Source: Candidatus Hermodarchaeota archaeon (lineage in GTDB: Archaea > Asgardarchaeota > Hermodarchaeia > Hermodarchaeales > Hermodarchaeaceae). Taken from it: DNA of 20,524 nt. Of the stretch, positions 8,588 through 16,652 are shown in pieces. The DNA is taken from assembly GCA_016839365.1 (NCBI GenBank), contig JAEOUH010000016.1:1-20524 (forward strand), in the 5' to 3' direction. Position numbers and translations under genes: made by a program. Position 1 is the stretch's first letter; the number at the start of each line of letters is the position of its first letter. The notes beneath the pieces are model-generated. The model saw only the letters and a list, made by a program, of their open reading frames with translations. It made no database searches and was not told the DNA's origin.

Positions 8588-10306
8588 TTGTCTGATACTG
8601 CTGGAGCCTCTCGAAAACTCAGCTGGCGTGAAGCATGGGGCATCGCAGGAAGGATTGCCCTTGAAGTGCAGTTCCGGTCTGCCTTGGCAATGAATGCTGG
8701 GTCAATGACTCAGACCATCGAAAAACAAATCGATCGAGCAAGAAGCAATGCGCGTTTTAACAAATTCACTGTCAGCTTCTTTATAGGCATGCTGGCTGTA
8801 ATCTTCGGCGTTATCGTTTGGTTAACTCTCAGTGGAACCTACGGGGCTCCGCCCGAATTTCAGTGGATCAGTGTGGCTTTCACTGTGTCTATCTTCAGTT
8901 TAATGGGCTTCTCGTTCTTAATCTTCTGGGGAATCATGGTGTCGACATCTTTTATTTCAACAAATGCAGCCAGTATTGGTCATTACCTCCCTGTTTCTCG
9001 TGCAGATACTGGAACGCTTGCGTTGCTTGGGTATATCCGATTATTCGACTCCCAAATGGTTTCACTAGTTGTATTCTTTCCTCTAGCCTATGGGGTGGTA
9101 ATTTACCTCATTTTTGGTTCCGCTGTCCCTGCTGTTCTCGGAGCGCTTGCATGTCTCATTACCTTTCTCATAACCGTTGGTCTGGCAATAGCAGTCATGC
9201 TTATTCTTGCCTTGTATTTTTACACTCGTATCCAAACATCTGGTGGCTCTCGTCTTAATAACATCATTCGCATACTCTTCATCATCTTATGGGTGGCTGC
9301 CATAATGGGGTTCTCTCTTTCTTTCCAACTACTCAACATCATCATCCCCCTCCTTGCGAGTCTTTCAATCCAATTGGCACCGATTTGGAACATCCTCTTT
9401 TTCGGGTATCCCTTCTCCATGGGTACCTTTGTCGTTCTAGCTTCAGGAATTCCTGGTACCCCTCCCTTATGGATAGACCTCCTCGTAGTACTTCTGTATG
9501 GAGGGCTTGCAATACTAGGAGTACGGTGGGCACGAAATTTCCTTCAAGGTGTAGGGACCGGAAATATTGCAGTATCAAGTACAGGTGTGGTTCGCCCAGT
9601 TTCGCTTAAGGTGAGTCGAGTGGGGGTTGCTCTTCTCCGAAAGGATATTCGAATTGCTACTCGAACCCCAGGACAAGCGATTATGTTCTTTCTTCCCTTC
9701 CTAACAATGATCCCAGTGTTGCTTCAGTTCACATTCAACCTGAGTGTTGTGCATGTCTCCGATGTCATCATTTTTATCGTCATTCCCACTGTTATGCTGA
9801 GCTTTTATTCAATTTTCTTTTTAAGCGTAGAAGCACGCGGAATGGCCTATACCATGACTCTTCCCCTACCCACTAAACGCATTCTCCTGGCTAAAGCCCA
9901 TCTAATTACTCTCATGTCAATCGTCATTCCCGTCCTCGTACTGGCCTTTGCACTGATCAAACCCTTTACTAATCCAGTGTCCTTCCTGATTGCCTTCTCC
10001 ATGGTCCCAACAGTCTATGTTTCCGCCTATATCTCTCTTGTATTCTTCACACGATTTGTAGGTGGCGGTCGACTGATCGGCTTTGAAATTGGACAACATA
10101 TTACTCAGATGATATTGGTCGGATTGCTTGGTGCGGTTTTTGCCTTCATCCCCATTGCGTTCTTTGGGTTGTTTTGGTTTATGACCGCACTAGCTGGTTT
10201 TGTAGTTGAACTCGCTCATTTCGTCGGTCTTGCAGGCTTGTGGATTGGGATTCTGTTTAATTACCTCTTGGGCAAGTTATTTGCACGATTCTTCCTAATC
10301 AGCTGA
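8588..10306 (+). CDS. ABC exporter permease (large, multi-TM, two hydrophobic halves)
   Basis: Lies directly downstream of the ATPase and has many TM segments. ABC-2-like motifs LLRKDIR and E.RG...TLPL..KRILLAK are present. Start re-called to TTG 8588 behind GGAGTGG (8571-8577), because the track start at 8468 overlaps the ATPase by about 100 bp. Confidence 0.82.
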   Translation: MSDTAGASRKLSWREAWGIAGRIALEVQFRSALAMNAGSMTQTIEKQIDRARSNARFNKFTVSFFIGMLAVIFGVIVWLTLSGTYGAPPEFQWISVAFTVSIFSLMGFSFLIFWGIMVSTSFISTNAASIGHYLPVSRADTGTLALLGYIRLFDSQMVSLVVFFPLAYGVVIYLIFGSAVPAVLGALACLITFLITVGLAIAVMLILALYFYTRIQTSGGSRLNNIIRILFIILWVAAIMGFSLSFQLLNIIIPLLASLSIQLAPIWNILFFGYPFSMGTFVVLASGIPGTPPLWIDLLVVLLYGGLAILGVRWARNFLQGVGTGNIAVSSTGVVRPVSLKVSRVGVALLRKDIRIATRTPGQAIMFFLPFLTMIPVLLQFTFNLSVVHVSDVIIFIVIPTVMLSFYSIFFLSVEARGMAYTMTLPLPTKRILLAKAHLITLMSIVIPVLVLAFALIKPFTNPVSFLIAFSMVPTVYVSAYISLVFFTRFVGGGRLIGFEIGQHITQMILVGLLGAVFAFIPIAFFGLFWFMTALAGFVVELAHFVGLAGLWIGILFNYLLGKLFARFFLIS

Positions 10307-10403
10307 TTGGTAAGCTTTAGAATTGGTTGCGGTTAGACTATATGCCCTTCTCATCTATACTGTAGTTTGCTCTCGATCAACAGAGAACAAGGGCTGCTAG
10401 TTG

Positions 10404-11012
10404 TCATCGGAGCTTCTCCAACACTATGAAAAGTCGGTCCATGGTCTTGTACAATGTTTTTAGCCCACGTTTATCCGCTTTTGCACCAGCAGCTCGTTTA
10501 TCCTTCGACCAAATGGTGGCCCCAAGGTTTGCCCCAAAAGCACCCCCGCCAGTCGAGAAAATATAATTGATGATATAGAAATCGTGAATCGTTCGTAAGG
10601 TTGGTTCTTGTCCTCCAACACGGTCACCACCCACAGCAATCCCAGTACCGATTTTCCCTTCGAAAACGTTGGGGTTCCGTGCAAGTATTGCGCGAGTACG
10701 GTCTAAGAGGGTCTTCAGTTGACCACTGATGTTGCCCTGGTACACTGGTGATCCGAGGATGTAGGCATCAGCCCACTCCATAAGCCCAAAGACTTCCTCC
10801 ATGTCATCTTTGAATACACAACCTTCCTTAGTTTGAATGCAATGGTCACAGTGAATACAAAATTTCAGCTCCTTTCCCATCACGGAGAAATACTTGGTTT
10901 CAACCGGGTGGTTCTCCCTAAGGTACTTGAGGGCTTCTTGCACGACATAGTCGGTGGCGGCTTTGCGTGGGCTCCCCGATATCCCAAGCACTCGGTATTT
11001 CTTAGTATTCAT
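10404..11012 (-). CDS. Iron-sulfur flavoprotein (Isf) / NADPH-dependent FMN reductase-like flavodoxin family
   Basis: GISGSPRK, the compact cluster motif CIHCDHC-x6-C, GSPVYQG, LKTLLDR and GGQE. Start is ATG 11012 (GTG 11021 is possible). Confidence 0.9.
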   Translation of the reverse strand: MNTKKYRVLGISGSPRKAATDYVVQEALKYLRENHPVETKYFSVMGKELKFCIHCDHCIQTKEGCVFKDDMEEVFGLMEWADAYILGSPVYQGNISGQLKTLLDRTRAILARNPNVFEGKIGTGIAVGGDRVGGQEPTLRTIHDFYIINYIFSTGGGAFGANLGATIWSKDKRAAGAKADKRGLKTLYKTMDRLFIVLEKLR

Positions 11013-11153
11013 TGACTTCACACTTTTATGGGTGCCGTCCCGTTTTATCTACCCTTTTGATTATCAAAAAGAGCTCGGTGTTCTGCCTAGAAAAAGAAAT
11101 AATGCAATTAAGTTGTTAACTCTATGAATATGGCAAGTATGGAGTGATCAACT

Positions 11154-11702
11154 ATGCCTCTGAAATTCGCATGGGCAATTACTGGCGCAGGGGATTACAT
11201 GACTGAATCTGTGCAAGTCATGAAAGAAATCGTTGAAGAATATAATTCGGAAATCCTCATTTTTCTCTCAAAGGCGGGGGTGCAGGTTATCAAGTGGTAC
11301 AAGTTGATGAAGGATTTGGACGCGATTTCTTCCACAATCCGAACAGAAATTGATGCTAATACACCTTTCCTCGCTGGTCCTCTCCAAAAGGGAACACACA
11401 AGTTCATTGTTATCACGCCAGCAACGGCAAATACTGTGGCCAAACTCGCCTACGGTATCGCCGACACTCTCATTACTAACGCTGTTGCCCAAGCCATGAA
11501 AACCGCCGTACCTATCTACATCTATCCTGTGGATCAGAAACCAGGTCCCGTTACCACAGTCTTGCCTAGCGGAGATAAGATGGAGTTAATGACCCGTGAC
11601 GTCGATTTAGAAAATGTCGAAAAGCTCCGTGCAATGAAGGGAATAATTGTCCTCGGCCATCCGTCCGAAATCAAAGAACATCTCAAAGAATATCTTGATT
11701 GA
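11154..11702 (+). CDS. afpA: Archaeoflavoprotein AfpA (HFCD-fold FMN-binding flavoprotein)
   Basis: AWAITGAG, LSKAG, NTPFLAGPLQKG, PATANTVAKLAYGIADTLITNA, PVDQ, T.LP.G and DLENVEKL. SD GGAGTGA lies upstream. Confidence 0.88.
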   Translation: MPLKFAWAITGAGDYMTESVQVMKEIVEEYNSEILIFLSKAGVQVIKWYKLMKDLDAISSTIRTEIDANTPFLAGPLQKGTHKFIVITPATANTVAKLAYGIADTLITNAVAQAMKTAVPIYIYPVDQKPGPVTTVLPSGDKMELMTRDVDLENVEKLRAMKGIIVLGHPSEIKEHLKEYLD

Positions 11703-11706
11703 ACTT

Positions 11707-12162
11707 TTACTCTTCCCATTCCACTAATCCCGCTTCTTTCAAGAGCATTTGAGTATCCTCATGAATTTCATCACGAATTTCTATCAGTTCTTCTCTCGAG
11801 AACCAGTTGCCCTCTCCCACATCAGAGGCAGGTTTGAACTTTCCTTCCTTGACCCTAGCAACTGCATCAAGATATAGAATATGCTCTTGGATGGTTTCAT
11901 CAGCACTCCGAATGATTCGTTCCATTGGACGAACCCAAGTAACTATCTCAATCTCCAATCCGGTTTCTTCGCGGACTTCTCTTCGCACACCATCTTCGAG
12001 GGACTCACCAAATTCGAGGCGACCACCAGGGCAGATGTACTTGTCAATCCAAAATCCGCCTTTTTGCGGGATGTGTTTCACAAGCAGTACTCGGAGTTCT
12101 TCATCAAGGATAACAGCGCCAACACAGGGTACAAATTGATTCACCATCTTATCAACATCCAT
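11707..12162 (-). CDS. Nudix hydrolase
   Basis: Complete Nudix box GGRLEFGESLEDGVRREVREETGL. Confidence 0.93.
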   Translation of the reverse strand: MDVDKMVNQFVPCVGAVILDEELRVLLVKHIPQKGGFWIDKYICPGGRLEFGESLEDGVRREVREETGLEIEIVTWVRPMERIIRSADETIQEHILYLDAVARVKEGKFKPASDVGEGNWFSREELIEIRDEIHEDTQMLLKEAGLVEWEE

Positions 12163-12273
12163 GAGTATTCAGAGCATTCCCTGAGAAGAGAAACCCTTAA
12201 ATCCATTCAAGGCGGAACGCCCCTTAACAGCTATATACTTCATGACTATAAAGTAATCTCGGGGTCGTCTACT

Positions 12274-13341
12274 ATGGGAAAAATCAAGATTGCCCTTGCC
12301 GGTATCGGTAATTGTGCGTGCAGCCTAGTTCAGGCTCTCCATCATTATGGTCACCCCAGCAAGGCTGCAGAAAGTGCTGGACTAGCCCACCCCATGATCG
12401 GCAACTATGCAGTGAGTGATATTGAAGTCGTCGCCGCCTTCGATGTAGTCCAAGAGAAAGTCGAGAAAGACCTCAGTGACGCTATTTTTGTCCAACCAAA
12501 CAATGCACCCAAGTTTACCGATCTTCCCACTTCAAAGATTATTGTGCAACGTGGTCCCACCTTGGATGGGCTCACATCAAACCTCGAAGAACTCGTCACT
12601 GAAAGTAATACCAAACCCGTTGATATTGCCCACGCCCTCAATGAAAGCAAAGCACGAATCCTGGTTGGGCTTTTACCCAGTGGTGCTAGTGAGGCTGTGT
12701 ATCACTACGCCAGTGCAGCGATGGACTCTGGGTGTGCCTATATCAACACTTCTCCTGTGATGTTGGCTAGCGACCGGAATTGGGCTCAACGATTTAATGA
12801 TACTCAATTGCCTGTAGTCGGTGATGACCTTATGAGTCAGATTGGTGCGACAGCGTTGCATCGAGCGTTGCTTGATTTCTTAGTGAAACGTGGGGTCAGG
12901 ATCCAGGAAAGCTATGCACTCGATGTCGGCGGAGGTACTGAATCCCTTGAATCACTAACACGTGCCCGTGATCAGAAACGGTCATTGAAAACCAATATCG
13001 TCTCAAAGGAAGTTCCCTATCAAGTGCCTATAACTGCTGGCTCAACTGATTATGTGTATTTCTTGGGTAACCGTCGTGAGAGCTACTTCTATCTCCGTGG
13101 TCAGTATATTGGAGATGCTGATTTCAAAATCGATCTCCGCCTTGTCAGTGAAGATGCTCCGAATAGCACCTCCATTTTGCTCGATGTTATACGTGGAGTC
13201 CAGATCGGAATAGACCGAGGGTTCACTGGACCCATCGATGCTGTGTGTTCCTATGGCTTCAAGGCTCCTCCACGACCCTATCCTCTTTCCTTGAGTGAAA
13301 CTATCTTTGAACATTTCATTCGAAGCACTCGCCCGGTCTAG
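12274..13341 (+). CDS. Myo-inositol-1-phosphate synthase (Ino1) homologue, active-site divergent
   Basis: IALAGIGNCACSLVQ, VAAFDV, RGPTLDG, GDD.SQ.GAT.HR, DAPNS and DRG..GP match the actinobacterial/archaeal Ino1 type. The likely start is ATG 12274, since the 11881 extension overlaps the Nudix gene in antisense. Confidence 0.85.
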   Translation: MGKIKIALAGIGNCACSLVQALHHYGHPSKAAESAGLAHPMIGNYAVSDIEVVAAFDVVQEKVEKDLSDAIFVQPNNAPKFTDLPTSKIIVQRGPTLDGLTSNLEELVTESNTKPVDIAHALNESKARILVGLLPSGASEAVYHYASAAMDSGCAYINTSPVMLASDRNWAQRFNDTQLPVVGDDLMSQIGATALHRALLDFLVKRGVRIQESYALDVGGGTESLESLTRARDQKRSLKTNIVSKEVPYQVPITAGSTDYVYFLGNRRESYFYLRGQYIGDADFKIDLRLVSEDAPNSTSILLDVIRGVQIGIDRGFTGPIDAVCSYGFKAPPRPYPLSLSETIFEHFIRSTRPV

Positions 13342-13418
13342 CTGGTAATCCCATCTAGTGCTCTTTTATATGTCATGGCGTGCCACGCATACTCCAAGAT
13401 TGTTGGAGTGTGCATGTA

Positions 13419-14303
13419 TTGCGAATTGGTATTGCCCTGAGCCGCGAGCGACCAAATTGGCCCGTTCGTCGCCTGATTCGGGCATTAGAGGCTAAAGGTT
13501 GTGAGGGCGTTACCTTCTGTCTGAAGAACCTCTCACTGCATATGGATTCGGAGCAGATGCAGTTTCTCTTGCCACGCCGTCGCCCGTTAGATGTGAATGG
13601 AATTATCCTCCGGAGCATTGGGGCTGGGTCAACTGATCAAATCACTAGTCGGATCTCGATGCTGGAAGCTCTTGAACTAGCTGGGGTTCGAGTCTTCAAT
13701 CGGGCTTATAGTCATCGACGTGCAAAAGATAAACTTGCCACCTTGGTATGGCTGGCACATCACGGGATTCCCATTCCTCCAACAACGCTAACCGAGCGAC
13801 TGGCTGTGGCTGTAGCTGCAACGAAACGGTATCACGACATTGTTTCAAAACCTCTGCGGGGTTCTCAGGGCCAAGGCATTTTCAGATTACAGGACCCTGA
13901 TCTGGCGTTTCGTCTTTTCAAAATACTCCAAACAGCGAATCAAACCCTCTTGATTCAGCGGTTCATCGAAACTCCAGCTCGTGATATCCGTGCATTTGTT
14001 GTTGGTGAGCGTGTAATTGGGGCGATGTACCGGTATGCGAAGCCGGGTGAATGGAAGACGAATATTTCAAGAGGAGCTAAACCGAAAGAATGCCCAGTAT
14101 CTGCTGAGCTCGAGAAGCTAGCCTTAGGTGCCAGCAAGGCCTTGGAAATGGACTTCGCCGGGATTGATATTCTGGAGGCAGACAATAAACTTGTGGTAAG
14201 TGAGGTAAATGCTGCACCGAACTGGAGTGGATTACAAAAAGCCACAGGCGTCGATGCATCTGAAGAAATTATCACCTATATTTTGAAAGAACTGAAAAAA
14301 TAG
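13419..14303 (+). CDS. RimK-family ATP-grasp alpha-L-glutamate ligase (MptN/CofF-like)
   Basis: DKL, KPLRGSQGQG, IQRFI, DIRAFVVG, WKTNISRG, GIDIL and EVNAAP. Start re-called to TTG 13419 (MRIGI...) behind GGAGTG (13405-13410), with TATA-like TTTTATAT at 13364-13371. Confidence 0.9.
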   Translation: MRIGIALSRERPNWPVRRLIRALEAKGCEGVTFCLKNLSLHMDSEQMQFLLPRRRPLDVNGIILRSIGAGSTDQITSRISMLEALELAGVRVFNRAYSHRRAKDKLATLVWLAHHGIPIPPTTLTERLAVAVAATKRYHDIVSKPLRGSQGQGIFRLQDPDLAFRLFKILQTANQTLLIQRFIETPARDIRAFVVGERVIGAMYRYAKPGEWKTNISRGAKPKECPVSAELEKLALGASKALEMDFAGIDILEADNKLVVSEVNAAPNWSGLQKATGVDASEEIITYILKELKK

Positions 14304-14318
14304 GGAAAAAGAAGAAAG

Positions 14319-14352
14319 TGGGATGGCAATGATAAGTTCTCTGCGCATCCCA
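14319..14352. terminator. Hairpin next to a purine/pyrimidine tract just past the RimK stop
   Basis: TGGGATG (14319-25) pairs with CATCCCA (14346-52), with an inner GCA/TGC. On the minus strand the hairpin is followed by CTTTCTTCTTTTT. Confidence 0.4.
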
Positions 14353-14800
14353 GAGTATTTAGCAATTCTATGGTCTTAACATGGTAAGATCGGGCCATCG
14401 GATCTCGGGTCCATATCGTTCCGCACCTTTGTTTGTTCAATGTAAGGGAGGCTGTGTCCACTGGCGCGGGGAATTTGATTAGTTTAAAAGCGTTACGTCA
14501 AATACTTCCATCGCTAGAATGGCTCGGGGGTTTGCCCTGCCTCACTGTAAAGCGATTAAACCAAGTCTCCGGCACTTGTAGACGAAAATCCTGGCTCTCT
14601 CTGCAGGGGCGTGAAAATTATTTGATTCGATTTTTGACCCAGTAAAAAAACTACCGAACTCAACGCTGACAATCCGAATGCCTTCACTTCATTCTATCAT
14701 GTGTGCATAACAATTACAGGAAGGCTTCTCTTTTGGCGTTCCAGGGCATTTTCAACTGGTATGAGTTGCCATCCACTTGCCTTACCTGTCACCATATCGC

Positions 14801-14808
14801 TTAAAAAT
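14801..14808 (+). promoter_or_regulatory. Putative TATA box for the uORF-GH3 transcript
   Basis: TTAAAAAT lies about 25 nt upstream of ATG 14833, which fits archaeal leaderless spacing. Confidence 0.45.
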
Positions 14809-14832
14809 ACCTGAATTCACGCGGCAAGCCTG

Positions 14833-15000
14833 ATGGAGCGAGAACTCACGAAAACCAAGGTTCTGCTAACATTCTCAATTCTGGATTTGTCAGCAGCTCT
14901 GGGCGAGTGTGGCATACCCAGAATTTTGGAAACGGTAACCAGACTTGCTGTTCTGCTCTCATCACCCCAGACTCAAACAGAAAGGAGAGAAAGATTATGA
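14833..15000 (+). CDS. 55-aa upstream ORF with ATGA overlap onto the GH3 start (not in ORF track)
   Basis: Encodes MERELTKTKVLLTFSILDLSAALGECGIPRILETVTRLAVLLSSPQTQTERRERL*. Stop TGA 14998-15000 overlaps ATG 14997-14999. Confidence 0.45.
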   Translation: MERELTKTKVLLTFSILDLSAALGECGIPRILETVTRLAVLLSSPQTQTERRERL

Positions 15001-16571
15001 TTTGGTCGCTCGCATCAAAAATCCTTGAACGTATGAAACTCACACCATTTCTTAAGACAATTGAAGATCCTGTGGCAACGCAAGAACAACGACTTCACGA
15101 GCTACTCCGTTATGCGGAAGGAACAGCCTATGGCAAGCGTCACCAATTCAGCGACATCCGCAGTTATGAAGATTTTGTGAACAACATCCCAATCAACCAA
15201 TATGCCGATCTCCAACCATATATTCAGCAGGAACTAGACGGAATCAATAACACGCTGTATCCTGAACCCATCCAGGTGGTCTTGTCAACGAGTGGGAGTA
15301 CAGGCAAACCGAAGCTTATCCCCCAGACAGCGACTTGCTTGAAATCACTCAAACGTCTTCGGATCATGTCCTTTGCGGCCGCAGCAAGAATCCGACCATT
15401 CCTGCATGGGAAAATCCTCGTCATGGTTGCTCCTGCAGTGTACACCAAAATTGGTGATTGGGAGGTCGGTTACGGAACTGGGCAAGCGATGAAGGGCGGA
15501 AGCCGACTTATCAAAAGTAAAGTCATACCAACGACCGACGTCTTTGACATCACCGATTGGGAACTCAAATTCCATGAAACGATTCGCCAAGGTCTAAGCA
15601 CTCCCAAAGTCACCGCATGTGGTGGAATAACCTCCTTCATACTCGCACTCCTTCGCCGCATCAAATATGAGTCCTATGATTGGCTAAAGACCGATCCTAC
15701 CCTGTCCCCAGAAACACAGCGGCGACTCCAAGCGGCTCTCATCGATGAAGGTACTTTAGACATCAGAGGGCTATGGCCAGACCTTTCAGTGATTTTTCAT
15801 GGCGGGGTTGTTCGCGATTTATACGAACCGATGATCCATGATCTTGCAGGTGATGTTCATATCCATGAAGTTTACGCTGGGACAGAGGCCTGTTACGGAA
15901 TTCAACTATTTGAAGACCATGTGGGTGTTGTCCCGATGATGGATGACATTGTGTTCGAGTTTGCTAGTATGCAGAAAGACCCACTAGCCCCAGATACTGA
16001 GACAATTCCCCTAGGCGAAGTGAAGAAAGACACCCCCTATCGTATCATCGTTACGACCCCCAGCACCTTATGGCGGTATGACTTACAGGATGTGGTGATG
16101 TTTACCTCTCTAAATCCACTCACCCTCCGGTGCCTCGGCAAAAGTACAAACATTCTGAATTTGAGCGGTGAAAAGGTATCTGAACAACATATTAGCGCTG
16201 CTCTTAAAATCACAAGTGAGGAGCAAGATGCGTTAGTCCGCGATTTCGTTGTCGCTCCTTTAGTGAGTCCAACTAGTAGTTGTTATCATCTCTTCGTCGA
16301 ATTCAATCGTGCCCCCCAGGATCTAGGAGGGTTCACGAGGGGCTTCGATTCAGCACTCAAAGAGATGAATCACCTCTACTGGGAAGTTCGCACCGCAAAG
16401 ACTATCGGTCCTGCGGTCATTCACTCGGTTCCTACAGGACGCTTCGATGATTACGAATTCAACAGACTACAATCCCAACAATGTGCAATTGGGCAAACGA
16501 AAATGCCACGAATTACAACCATTGACCAAGCACAAGAACATCTCATTGTCGCAACTGCGACTGCTCCCTAA
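14997..16571 (+). CDS. GH3 (auxin-responsive promoter) family acyl acid-amido synthetase-like protein
   Basis: P..TQE..L..LL....T.YG, the P-loop STSGSTGKPKLIP, YAGTEACYG, WRYDLQDVV, NLSGEKV and GQTKMPR. Start is ATG 14997 behind AAGGAG (14982-87). Confidence 0.88.
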   Translation: MIWSLASKILERMKLTPFLKTIEDPVATQEQRLHELLRYAEGTAYGKRHQFSDIRSYEDFVNNIPINQYADLQPYIQQELDGINNTLYPEPIQVVLSTSGSTGKPKLIPQTATCLKSLKRLRIMSFAAAARIRPFLHGKILVMVAPAVYTKIGDWEVGYGTGQAMKGGSRLIKSKVIPTTDVFDITDWELKFHETIRQGLSTPKVTACGGITSFILALLRRIKYESYDWLKTDPTLSPETQRRLQAALIDEGTLDIRGLWPDLSVIFHGGVVRDLYEPMIHDLAGDVHIHEVYAGTEACYGIQLFEDHVGVVPMMDDIVFEFASMQKDPLAPDTETIPLGEVKKDTPYRIIVTTPSTLWRYDLQDVVMFTSLNPLTLRCLGKSTNILNLSGEKVSEQHISAALKITSEEQDALVRDFVVAPLVSPTSSCYHLFVEFNRAPQDLGGFTRGFDSALKEMNHLYWEVRTAKTIGPAVIHSVPTGRFDDYEFNRLQSQQCAIGQTKMPRITTIDQAQEHLIVATATAP

Positions 16572-16652
16572 CAAGTGATAGAACCAGCAATCTATTCTTT
16601 TACTCAATGGGGAGTCAGATAGATTCCTCTGGTTCACTTTTATTAGAGACCC

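Noticed and set aside
11881-12273. 131-aa N-terminal extension on the Ino1 homologue (apparent fusion)
   Set aside because: It overlaps the Nudix gene in antisense and spans the promoter region. Homology starts at MGKIKIA (12274).
14276-14645. Track ORFs 14276-14461(-) and 14433-14645(+), and a 20-aa ORF at 14519
   Set aside because: The two track ORFs have non-ATG starts and overlap each other, and the third is very short. None shows protein-like features.
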